DNA of 63,005 nucleotides, counting the filler, from Octopus bimaculoides (Eukaryota): the NCBI RefSeq assembly GCF_001194135.2. It is 10 parts of 10 records of this genome, joined end to end, with 100 filler letters (N's around TTAATTAATTAA, not from the genome) between each part and the next. Parts side by side here need not be neighbours in the genome. Positions count along the whole stretch, not along the records: positions 1 to 6,164 come from NC_068988.1; positions 6,265 to 8,986 come from NC_068997.1; positions 9,087 to 13,465 come from NC_069002.1; 7 more parts are not named here. One strand, written 5' to 3'. The notes below the pieces were generated by a model that saw only the letters and a program-made list of their open reading frames with translations, had not been told where the DNA came from and did not search any database. The translations under genes and the position numbers were made by a program. This document shows positions 1 to 10,983 of this stretch, piece by piece; position 1 is the stretch's first letter; each line of letters starts with the position of its first letter.

Positions 1-9
1 ATATATATA

Positions 10-289
10 AAAGTGACCAGTAATTGGTCTGTTAATATGCTAGAAAAAGATCACTTAAAAAATTCTCCGAGATTCTGTTCGATTATAATAATATCGGCAA
101 TTTGTACTGATGATAAATAGATACTTTAATTTGGAAGTATTGATTTTGAAACTATAGTCTACAGATAACCGAGGTATTTGTAATTTTCACTGGTCTCGCC
201 CGCTTGTTTTTGCTCCGCTGAATCTTTCTTTGAGAATATTTTAAGTGATCTTTTTCTAGCATATTAACAGACCAGTCACTGGTTACTTT
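10..289. mobile_element. MITE, Tc1/mariner-like, ~280 bp
   Basis: ~60-bp terminal inverted repeats (AAAGTGACCAGTAATTGGTCTGTTAATATGCTAGAAAAAGATCACTTAAAA versus reverse complement of 241-289), TA on both flanks, no coding capacity. Confidence 0.8.
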
Positions 290-559
290 TATATACACAA
301 GTACTATAATCCTTTTAGGATCTCGAAAAAAAATTTTGCTGAACCTTCTGATTCTTTTAATGTGCTAGTTTCCTGGTATTAAATTGATATTAATTGATAT
401 CGAATTTTTACCCTATTATATTAAGGGCAAGACGTGTCTCACCAACGTCGGTCATACTTATCCACTGTCAAGGGATTACTGGAGATATCACAGCCTATGA
501 AAACGTCTATGCCGAAGGAACAGAGATTCTAGTCTGGTTAAACGTGAACTGGATAGTGG

Positions 560-1015
560 TGATGCATGAGTTTGTTAACAGATGACAGTGGCCATGCATG
601 AGTTTGTTAACTCTGCTCGACCTTTCAATGATAGTTTCTTCGCAACCAATTTCTGGCTAAAATTTCCTTTCTTGTCTACCTACATATGTCGGCCAAATCA
701 GGCGCCTAGAAATTCGTCTAACTCCACGATACTGTTGAACGAAATGGACTTGCCCCTCCAGGAGTCGAACTGCATGTTCATCGACATTTCCGGTTGATTT
801 TGGCTGTTATCACATCATGATTCCAAGGTTGTTATAGCCGGGATAAAATCCCATTACTGAGAAAATATTCTCATAATGCGTGTAGCCTCTGACAATTAAG
901 TTTGTTTCCTGACCTGCTTGACGGTTAGATGTTAGCCTGGCGGAACCGTTTCATACTGACAAAATAAGTGACAAGGGCGGGTTACTGACGCCCCAATACC
1001 TGTTGCTTACGGAGC
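560..1015 (-). pseudogene. L1/Tx1-like LINE ORF2 fragment (RT C-terminal region), degenerate
   Basis: Minus-strand translation with frameshifts and stops gives AKINR..MQFDSWRGKSIS..FLGA*FG..KKLSLKGRAELTN, matching the L1/Tx1 post-RT motifs (AKIN.EKS, LGV.F, LSL.GR). Confidence 0.7.
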
Positions 1016-1080
1016 CCGTAAGCAACAGGTTGGGCCAGGTTGGGCCAGGTTGGGCCAAGCAGAGGTAAATTCCTAGAGTT

Positions 1081-1410
1081 GGGAGAATTCAACGATAGAG
1101 ATGGATGAGCAAATGACTTCTGTGAAGGCAGGATGCGGGAAACTGCAACTCGAATGAACTGCTTCCCCGTGGCTTATAAGTTGAGAATGAGCTGGTGGTT
1201 TCTGACACCCTCTTCAGCCTTCCCAACCGGCACAATTCCAAGTGGAAGCATCGGAGATCAAGCGTTGGCACATCCTGGACCATGCCCTCACTAGATACTG
1301 TGGCGGGAGCGACATACTTGTGACCCGCAGCCTTCCAAGCGCAGATGACTGTTGGAAGGATCATCGACAACTCAGACTCAGACTCCTGCTACGAAACCTT
1401 CCCCATCACA
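1081..1410 (+). pseudogene. RTE-clade LINE AP-endonuclease fragment
   Basis: GEFNDRDG..GNCNSN..NELVVSDTLFSLPNRHNSKWKH(fs)RSKRWHILDH..DILVTRSLPSADDCWKDHRQLR follows the RTE APE motifs GDFN, TNT.F, HxIDY, SDH; contains stops and a frameshift. Confidence 0.8.
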
Positions 1411-1586
1411 AAACAAATCTGCAAAGCGAGCACAGTGCTTTGATGGCTCTATATTTAAGACCTGTTTTTCAATAAACACTTGCTTTGAAAGCTACGGTAT
1501 AGATTTAATTAATGATGTTAGCGTTAACGTCGGTGACAGCAGTGACAACAGTGTGTTGTTGTTGTTGTTCCTGCTGTTGTCGTTGT

Positions 1587-1665
1587 TTACGTTTGTGGTG
1601 GTGGTGGCGGTGGTGGTGGAGAGGATGGAGACTTTGCTACCTGTCGAATCTTTATCGCTATTTGT
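1587..1665 (-). CDS. Candidate terminal coding exon of minus-strand gene (QIAIKIRQVAKSPSSPPPPPPPPQT*)
   Basis: Acceptor ttatttccaatcag; phase-2 start matches the upstream exon; stop TAA at 1589-1587; ATTAAA on the minus strand at 1509-1504. Confidence 0.5.
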
Positions 1666-2735
1666 CTGATTGGAAATAATTTGAAAATACATATAAATTA
1701 TGACTTTTCTCTTTTAAGTTATGAATGAATAAACTCAAGCATTTTGAAAGTTATCTTTTTTGAATACGTTCTAGAGACCGTTATACATTGTAATATAAAG
1801 CCTTTACCTCAAGAAACGAGTCAAAAACACAAATGGCTAGGTCAATAGAAATAAAATATTTTAGCGACCACCCAAGGATGAAAACCAAAGTTGACTTCTG
1901 CCTCATTTGAACTCAGAATAAGAAGACATGAATAATATGCCGATGCATTTTGTTCGACTCTATAACGATTCTGTTAGTACAATAATTGGGATGCCATGTC
2001 CTTTTGCACTAGTTGGAAACTAATTTCCAGGGATATATGTATTTGTCTATATCACTTAAAGTACATACATAATAAAATATAAGAAATTTGGTGAATCAAG
2101 AAATCGCTTATGCAAGGGGTTTAGTAACAGTTAATTAATAAGGTTATTTCTTGGTTGTTTAGTGTAAGTTTATTTTGAAATATTTTCATATTATAAGTGT
2201 AACGAATAAATTGGTGAGATGAATATGCACCACCGAACTTAATCTTCAGTGACATTCCTTCAACCCAATTGATTAGAACACTCAGCGTATAGATTTGGAC
2301 ATATTTCTATGAATTATCCAAGCATCCATTATTTTAAGATATATCTCCGTAGGGTTGTGTCAAATTGGTCGGAGCCTTAATTAAGATTCACTTTCATATA
2401 AGGTCGCAAGAGTTGTTGTTTGAAGTTATCTTAACGAAGGAGATTACGTGATGTGCTTTTTCTGCCATTCTGAAGATTATTATATTCGCTATTATTTGCT
2501 GCATTTGAGTTGTTACAAGATACTAAACATCAATCTCGTTACTGCTGATTCGTTCGATCATACTCTCATTATGTAGGAATTAAATTAGAAGGCCAAGACT
2601 GCATCGTATATTTTGTATATTAAATGTGAATTTTTAGAAATAAATGTGTAAACTGTGAAAATTACTGCAAGGGATAAAGAAATTGAATACATAAATCAGT
2701 GTGTGAAACGTGTGGAAGTATGAATGAACACTTAC

Positions 2736-2789
2736 ATAGTATTATAAAATATATGATTGATGATATTTACAAAGTTTGATAACGACAAC
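2736..2789 (-). CDS. Candidate coding exon, 54 nt (LSLSNFVNIINHIFYNT)
   Basis: Acceptor gatcttattgcag, donor gtaagt; only the phase 2-2 frame is open and it fits both neighbours. Confidence 0.65.
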
Positions 2790-3075
2790 CTGCAATAAGA
2801 TCATCGCAAAAGTAAGTGAAATTATGTATTGAACAGACACTGATGACTGTTTCAAGTAATTGAAGTATTGTTTCAAGTAATTCATGTTTTCTATGGAACG
2901 TTATGTGTATGCAACACTGTCGTTTCAGAGTTTATATACATAAGAATGAATATACATTGCTATATTTCTAGCTTCCAGTCATAAAATTCACATGCACGTA
3001 TGTGTGCCGTGCGTGTTTGCATGTGTGTGTATGTATGCGTATGAATAAATAGCTAAATAAATAAATATATACATA

Positions 3076-3202
3076 GGCGCTGAAGTGGCTGCGGCTTCAA
3101 TCCCACTGCGTGGCACCTTGGGAAAGTGTCTTCTACTAAAGCCTCGGGCCGACCAAACCTTTGTGGGTGGATTTGGTAGACGTAAACTGAAAGAAGTCCG
3201 TC

Positions 3203-3234
<32 letters not shown>

Positions 3235-3540
3235 NNNNNNNNNNNNNNNNNNNNNNNNNNNNNNNNNNNNNNNNNNNNNNNNNNNNNNNNNNNNNNNNNN
3301 NNNNNNNNNNNNNNNNNNNNNNNNNNNNNNNNNNNNNNNNNNNNNNNNNNNNNNNNNNNNNNNNNNNNNNNNNNNNNNNNNNNNNNNNNNNNNNNNNNNA
3401 ACTTAACGATTCGGCAAAAGAGGCCGATAGAATAAGTACTAGGCTTACAAACAAAAGGTCCTGAAGTCGATTTGTTCGACTAAAGGCGGTGTTCCAGCAT
3501 GGCCGAAGTCAAACGAATGAAACAAATAAAAAGTAAAAGA
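3076..3540 (+). mobile_element. tRNA-derived SINE, family A (CORE-like head, internal microsatellite), gap inside
   Basis: Same head and tail as the copy at 10984-11494. Confidence 0.8.
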
Positions 3541-3570
3541 ATACACACACAAACACACACACACAAATAT

Positions 3571-3624
<54 letters not shown>

Positions 3625-4480
3625 TACATGTAATATTTGTAAACAAATCAGAAAGGTTTTGTAAGTTAGGGATAGAAAGCTACAATGGAAGACTCATAGT
3701 ATAATAATAACTGTATAATGATATATCATAATAATATATATTTTTAAATTTAAAGCGACAATTTTTAAAAATAAACTAATGGCTGCAAAATGATGAGCTA
3801 ACCCAAGCCAGAATATAATCCACAAATCAATACTAACATGGTTTCGTGAGCATTCGATTGGGCCAAACGCTCACTCATCAATTTCAGCCAAATATAATTA
3901 ATATATACTTAAACTGTCTAATACTACATACAATATTTGTAAACAAGCCAGAAAGGTTTTGTAAGATGCGTAGAGAAGGCTACTATGGAAGACTCATAGT
4001 ATAACAATAACTATACAATAACATATCATAATCATTCAACCACTACCGTTGTTTAATATATTCTTAAGTCCAGTATTTCGTCAATCGCAGTAGCTTCCAA
4101 GCTCCACCACTGATTCAGTTCTCAACTAAATTGCAAACTGTTAACAGTTTTAAAGAACTGTTGACAGCTTTAAAGAACTCCAGGGGAGCAGTAAGGCAGG
4201 TATTCATTTTCAATTAACATAAATTCTTCAATTTTAAAATAAAAGTATACTTTTCTTAGGCTTAAATGATAGAAAAATGCATGAGGAATTCAGAATCGTT
4301 AGTCGCATTGAACAAAAATTAGTAGAAAAGATTTTATGAGGTAGAGTGCCACGAAATTTAATGTCAGTAAGGGAGTAACGTCCCATGCAATGAGAATAAA
4401 GAATATATTTCTAAAATGAACGCTTCCTGCCTAAGGCGATGAGGTGGTTGAAACGTTAGCACTCCGGGAGAAATTCTTGA

Positions 4481-4900
4481 CGGTATTTCGCTTGTCTTTA
4501 CGTTTTGAGTTCAAATTCCGACGAGGTCGACTTTGCCTTTTATCCATTTCGGATCCATTCAAAGTAACGTACAGATTATTCGATTAATGCTTTTTAACTA
4601 AACACCTTGAAACTTCCGATACTGATAGAATGTGTCACATGGAACAGGGTTTACTCTTAACGTTCTTGACAAAATTTTGTATTTTAGAAGCGGTATTTCG
4701 TCTGTTTTTACGTTCTCAGTTCAAATTCCGACGAGGTTGACTTTGCCTTTCAAACGTCTCGGATCTATTCAATTTGGCGTACAGATAATTTAATTAATGT
4801 TTTTTAACTAAACATTTTGACACTTCCGATACTGGTAGAATGTGTCACATAGAACAGGTTTTACTCTTATTGTTTTTAACAAATTTTTGTATTTTAGAAG
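4481..4900 (+). repeat. Two tandem 210-bp units, each a SINE fragment plus a MITE-end fragment
   Basis: 4481-4690 and 4691-4900 align end to end (both start CGGTATTTCG and end ATTTTAGAAG). Confidence 0.85.
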
Positions 4901-6264
4901 TTATTTCATCACAAGTTACAGAGTGACAATGGACAAATTCGTGTTTGATAAGTGTCAATACACGAAACTTTCAGCTTTTGACTTACTCTCTAACTTCTGC
5001 TGATGATATATATACATATTTCATATATGTGTTTTCTATTATTTTCTTGTTCCGCATTAATTCTTTACATTTTACTGCGGCTCGTTTAAGGAAATCTGGT
5101 TTAGTATCCATTTCTACTATACTTCCTGCAAAGTTTGATTTATATCGTATTTCAACTAATAGGATGTTTTTTCTAACCGACTATAATACTTTTCATCTTT
5201 TCTCTACTCCTTTCATTTCGTTTTCTTCCTTTCTTGTTCTTTTTCTTTTTCTATACTTATCTCTCACCTACTCTCTCTTCCTCGCTTTTCTTACATCATA
5301 TCACTCTTTGTATATTACCATCACGTATCCCACTTTCTCCTAAATTTTATTGATGTTTCCATCCTTAAATACCCGATTAGCACCAGAATAATTATATATT
5401 TGACACTGCTTATGATGAAAACATTAGACACTTCAACTCCTGTGGGTTGGATATCTTGACGTGTAATGCTTATGTGTTCATATTAACCTCTGCTTTTTAT
5501 GTGTAACGTTCCATCAGTATACACACCCGTTTGCGTAACACATTAATACATCAACCAGTTAGTGACATTTTGAAACGGCTCTAACAATTAATTTAGGAAT
5601 ATATTTTTGCTTCGCTAAATATATTTGAGTATTTTTATATTACATCTTTCGAAAACGATATAAATGATACAGTACCAAGTATAAGTGTTTCTCCATCTTT
5701 CTTATTTATATTACACGGTCTAGCAATACAGTCATATAACAAACACTAGTTCTGCGAATTTTTTCAACTGATTAGGAAGTTAGATTTAAGTTTTAGACCA
5801 TCCGCAAACTAATCTAGTGTTTGTCCATTGTACGCTTGTATGGAATCTTCTACCTCATAAAATATATGTACCTATTATGTATACATACCCTTGTGTAATT
5901 ATATACCACATACAACATTGATACAGCGTATACAGGATACCCGGAAACCGTAGAAAACAGTTTAACTTTGTTTTAACAGCTGTACTGACTGCTTAAGTTA
6001 TCTGGAATACTATTTTTCTGAGAAATGTTACCTAAAAATAAGTGAATGTTCCAAGATGTATTTGATCTCATTGAATTACCTATCATCTACCTACCTACCT
6101 ACCTACCTACCTATATGTATGTGAATGTGTGTGTGTACCTATATATATATATATATATATATATNNNNNNNNNNNNNNNNNNNNNNNNNNNNNNNNNNNN
6201 NNNNNNNNTTAATTAATTAANNNNNNNNNNNNNNNNNNNNNNNNNNNNNNNNNNNNNNNNNNNN

Positions 6265-6296
<32 letters not shown>

Positions 6297-6298
<2 letters not shown>

Positions 6299-6545
6299 CC
6301 TGTCGTATATATGTATATATATGTGTATGTGTGTGTATATGTTTGTGTGACTGTCTTTGTCCTCCCAACATCGCTTGACAACCGATGGTGGTGTGTTTAT
6401 GTCCTCGTAACTTAGCGGTTCGGCCAATGAGACCAATAGAATAAGTACTAGGCTTCCAAAGAATAAGTCCTGGAGTCGATTTGCTTGAGTAAAGGCGGTG
6501 CGTCAGCATGGCCGCTGTCAAATGACTGAAACAAGTAAAAGAGAG
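6297..6545 (+). mobile_element. SINE family A, 3' half
   Basis: Matches the tail of 10984-11494. Confidence 0.75.
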
Positions 6546-6683
6546 AGAGAGAGAAAGAATATATATATATATATAGGACGGAGAATGTACGAAAAAAACA
6601 ACAGGCGAGGACGGGTGGTGTAAACAACAAAACGATGTATTAGTTTATAATTATATATATACATATACATATATATATATGTA

Positions 6684-7113
6684 TCATCATCATCATCATC
6701 ATCGTTTAACGTCCGCTTTCCATGCTAGCATGGGTTGGACGATTTGACTGAGGACTGGTGAACCAGATGGCTACACCAGGCTCCAATCTGATTTGGCAGA
6801 GTTTCTACAGCTGCATGCCCTTCCTAACACCAACCACTCAGAGAGTATATTTTACATGCCACTTGCACAGGAGCCAGTCCAGCGGTACTGGCAACGAACT
6901 TGCTCGAATGTCTTTTCACGTGCCACTGGCACAAGTGCCGGGAAGGCGACGTTGGTAGCAGTCACACTCAAATGATGCTATTTACGTGCCACCGGCACGA
7001 AAGCCTGTCAGCTAGTGCTCTGGCAACGATCACGCTCGGGCGGTGCTCTTAGTGATTTACTGGTACTGGTACTGGTGCCATCACAATTTCGCTTTCGCTT
7101 GCCCCAACAGGTC
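6684..7113 (-). mobile_element. Retroposon 3' part (SINE or RTE-type tail) ending in (TGA)n, with internal ~65-bp units
   Basis: Minus strand ends ...GGAAAGCGGACGTTAAACGATGATGATG; three degenerate internal units. Confidence 0.6.
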
Positions 7114-7213
7114 NNNNNNNNNNNNNNNNNNNNNNNNNNNNNNNNNNNNNNNNNNNNNNNNNNNNNNNNNNNNNNNNNNNNNNNNNNNNNNNNNNNNNNN
7201 NNNNNNNNNNNNN

Positions 7214-8278
7214 ATAAAAGAAGTACTCACAAACCTAGACCAATGCCTTAATGTACTTCTGATCTTCTGATGGGTCATGGGATGATATGACCTAGGCCTC
7301 ACTGGTAGACTGGGAAAGTGGCTGCATGATTTCCTGTTTGTGGTTGCTCTCTCACACATGTCCTCAGTCATAGAGTCAGCCACACACACCAACTACACTG
7401 ATGATACAAAAATATTGTAGGTAGTCAAGTATCCTACTAATATCCTAAGACTGCAGAATGACCTGAATGCAATGTAAAAATCAGCTGATGAGAATAATAT
7501 GCAGTTCAATGGCTCAAAATTTCAAGCACTCCACTATCAGCCCACAGACTAACTACAGCTGAAGTACACTGGACCAGCAGGCAATGTAATCCCAGAGTTA
7601 GAGTCGGTTTGTGACCTGGGAATCCATATTAGTAATGATGCAACTTCTCATGTGCACATTGCTCAGATGGCAACACTATGTAGGCGGGTGGCAGGTTGGA
7701 TCCTTTGATCCTTCAGGACCAGGAACAGAGACACAATGCTTCTGCTTTGGAGAACATTTGTCCTCAGTCATCTGGACTACTGCTCCCAATTGTGGTCTCT
7801 ACAGAATGTAAAACTAATTGCAGAACTAGAAGCAATCCAACGCCATACACAAAGAGGATAGTAAAACACATGGGCTACTGGGTGAGGTTGAAGGAGCTGG
7901 GACTCTACTCCCTGGAGAGGAGATGTGAGAGATATGCAATGCCATACATATGGAAAATAATGGAGGGTCTAGCTCCAAATTTTGGAATCAAAATCTACAA
8001 CAATCCGCGAACTGGACGGCACTGCACAGTATCAAAGGTCCCTTCCTCTCCATGGAGGATACGAACCCAATTTTGCAATAGCTTGGGATTCAAGGGACCA
8101 CTACTTTTTAATGCCCTACCACAGAACATCAGGGTTCTACAAGGTTTAGACATGGAAGACTTCAAAAAACGCCTAGACAGTTTTTTTATCTGAAATACCA
8201 GATGAACCCACTTCATGGCTTGAGGCACAAAAAAGAGCAGCAACATCCAACTCGCTACTTCACCAGAAGCAATACTAT
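7214..8278 (+). pseudogene. CR1/L2-like LINE 3' end (RT C-terminus plus tail)
   Basis: Translations MQFNGSKFQ, DLGI, HLDYCSQLWS, WVRLKELGLYSLERRCERY, LFNALPQNIR, FKKRLD; ends in (TAT)n. Confidence 0.85.
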
Positions 8279-8297
8279 TATTATTATTATTTATTCA

Positions 8298-8370
8298 AGG
8301 CACTGCCTGGAATTGAACTTGGAATCTTGGGGTTAGTAGCCCTCACTCTTAACCATTACACTATATGCCC
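8298..8370 (-). mobile_element. Short tRNA-derived SINE head with (AAT)n tail
   Basis: GGGCATATAGTGTAATGGTTAAG (A box) ... AGTTCAATTCC (B box); does not form a full cloverleaf. Confidence 0.6.
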
Positions 8371-8384
8371 TTGGGCAATTGTAG

Positions 8385-8695
8385 AGTAAATTTTAGGGCT
8401 TATAAACCTAATATTTTTGTATCTTTCCTTAATACTAGTTCCCGTATTCTACTCACATCTGCACTAGGTCTGCATAGGAGGTTATCGTATCCTAGCATAT
8501 GTACTGCCTCTTTTCATTTTTGTATTTTCCAGTGGTGTTTTAACTTCATTCCACAGGGGAAGATGGTCTCTGCTTTTCCATACATGATCAGCTATACCTG
8601 ATTTTCAACATCTTCTCGTGTCACAGCCTTATTCTGAGGGGGCAGCATGTTTTGCCTTTGTATAACTACATGTGATGGAGTACACACAGTCTTTT
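8385..8695 (-). pseudogene. Penelope-like element, GIY-YIG endonuclease fragment
   Basis: VYSITCS...KSGIADHVWKSRDHLPLWNEVK, typical PLE C-terminus, with deletions and stops. Confidence 0.65.
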
Positions 8696-8699
8696 GTCA

Positions 8700-8986
8700 T
8701 ATTCCCTTCTATTGGTGGTTTTACTCGAAGGAGATTACTTAAGATCAGACTAGTGCTTCATCATAGATTAGCTACTGTCATCTCAGCCTATGCACCTCAA
8801 CCGGGGCTACCAGATGGTCTGAAAGACCAATTCTATGACACCCTCTTGCAAACTACCTCGTCGACGAGTGACAGGGACCTTCTCTTTGTGGCTGGAGACT
8901 TCAACGGTCATGTCGGACGTCGTGCTGGAGGCTTCCACGGCATACATGGAGGCTATGGCTTCGGTTCCCGCAACGAGGAGGGAACC
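8700..8986 (+). pseudogene. RTE-clade LINE AP-endonuclease fragment
   Basis: RLLKIRL..TVISAYAPQ..KDQFYDTL..FVAGDFNGHVG..GGYGFGSRNEEG; runs into an N gap. Confidence 0.85.
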
Positions 8987-9324
8987 NNNNNNNNNNNNNN
9001 NNNNNNNNNNNNNNNNNNNNNNNNNNNNNNTTAATTAATTAANNNNNNNNNNNNNNNNNNNNNNNNNNNNNNNNNNNNNNNNNNNNCCCACACGCACACA
9101 CACACACGCAAGCATATTTACATATATGTATGTATATTATGTATGTAATGAGTTAAATTAGAAAGGAGAGAGAAACAATTTGGCAAGACTTGGCTAGGAC
9201 GTTTAATTTGATTTAGCTATATAATGAAAATGCAGGTAATTTCAGACAGCTGTTTCTGTGATATCCTAGCTATGAGAACATCGTGCCGAGCGAAGACGCC
9301 ATATGCTCTATATTTTGCCACCAG

Positions 9325-9374
<50 letters not shown>

Positions 9375-9704
9375 GTTAAACATATGTAACAGTGGAATAA
9401 AAGTTCCTCATCAGTTCCTACGCAAGTAAACGAAAGATTTGAGATTTAAGATTAAGTGAGATTTAAAATCAATATTATAAAAGTGATAATGAATAAATGT
9501 AAAAAATAAAAATAAAATAAATTTCTACTTTAACCTATATCTGCTGACTCAAGGGGAAGCCACTTCTAGCCGCTTTGGATAAGACGGTCACAATACCACA
9601 ACTTCAACTGCCATTCGCTCCGGAATTTTAGTGGCGTACTTATTTGAGCACTCGGAGGGCACACCTTTAGTTAGAGTCACTGTAACGAAAACTCCTCACA
9701 TTTT

Positions 9705-10970
9705 ATGTATGTATGTATGTCATTATTCAGTTTATTTCAAGATTTCTTGCCAATAGACAAAGAACCGGTTTCTAACTTAGATCCAAGGCTCCTTCATTGG
9801 AATTTCAACATCGACAACAGGGTATTTGTATGTATGTATGTACGTATGTATGTATGTATGTATATTATTTCTTTACTACCCACAAGGGGCTACACACAGA
9901 GGGGACAAACAAGGACAGACAAACGGATTAAGTCGATTACATCGACCCCAGTGCGTAACTGGTACTTATTTAATCGACCCCGAAAGGATGAAAGGCAAAG
10001 TCGACNNNNNNNNNNGCATATAGTTACACATCTAGACATGCTCATATATATTTAAATGATAAACTTCTGGAAAGTTTTACAGCTTTTTACAGTTCCAGTG
10101 ATGTCTTGGATCTGTAGTCTTTGAATCAGCTTTCTCCTTTCTGTTTTGAGAAGCCCAATTTCTCAAGACTGGTATTTAGGCAGTGTGTTACATATCCCAG
10201 GGCCCCAAAAATTACAAGTGTAAGCTTGAACTTGTAATCTGGATAGAGTAACTGCAGATTTCTCAATAGTTCAGCATAAGTGTTCTCTTTTTCACTGATC
10301 TTCAGCTTTATGTTAACATCTGCTGGGCAGCTAATTTCCACAACTGTGCACAGTTTCTCTTCTCTATCCCAAATCATTATATCAGGTCTGTTGTGCTTAC
10401 ATTTTATCGAAGTCTTCACTGGTACATTCCATTAGTATTCCTTTTTATTATGAGTGGCTATGGCTTCTACCATATTGTGGGTTCTTATTTCTTTGTCTTT
10501 GGGTTTATCCTTCCGACGGATTTCATTATAGAGTGTCCTAGCTCTCATGTCTCATCGGTAGAAAATACTGTAATGAAATTTTCGGACAACTGCTTATGAT
10601 GTGGATGATATGTTCCGTGTGAACTCCACAAAATTTGCATTGGTTGTCACATTTTACTGCTTTTCCTGCATTTCTCTCCCTTTTGTGCACCAGGTACTTG
10701 GTTGATATTTCCTGTTCCTGATCGATGTTACTATCATCACGGAGCGTTCTAGTCACATATTCTAGTCTTCTGCTCATTTAGGCTCATCCTTTCATCTGAT
10801 GATACGCTGCGGTAGAGCCGTACGACTCCTTTGGGTATGTATTCTAGGTTATCAGACAAAGTGTTGCTCAAGCAGCTGCCTTCCAAGTCTTTTGATGTTA
10901 TCAGCCTCATGTATGCAAACTTGGTCAAGGGATGCACTTCAACACTTGGTGGTTTAAAGATATTGCCGGT
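9705..10970 (-). pseudogene. R4/Dong-like LINE (restriction-like endonuclease) 3' fragment with 3' UTR
   Basis: CKFCG..EHIIHIISSC (CCHC), HNRPDIMIWD..VVEISCP..KENTY..IFGALG (PD-(D/E)xK RLE), end RLQIQDITGTVKSCKTF*; putative UTR ends at (ACAT)n and is interrupted by a SINE. Confidence 0.8.
9845..10005 (-). mobile_element. SINE family B (Meta-like domain)
   Basis: Reverse complement of GTCGACTTTGCCTTTCATCCTTTCGGGGTCGATTAAATAAGTACCAG. Confidence 0.8.
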
Positions 10971-10983
10971 AGGAATGGCTAAA

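Noticed and set aside
1352-1669. 105-aa plus-strand ORF with a hydrophobic stretch
   Set aside because: Antisense to the candidate terminal exon; the L/V run comes from (GTT/GGT)n; its start overlaps an RTE remnant
6209-6220. TTAATTAATTAA inside N runs (also near 9031, 13510, 29483, 33893, 36045, 57541, 59869, 61874)
   Set aside because: Always embedded in Ns and identical each time; a scaffolding gap marker, not biological sequence
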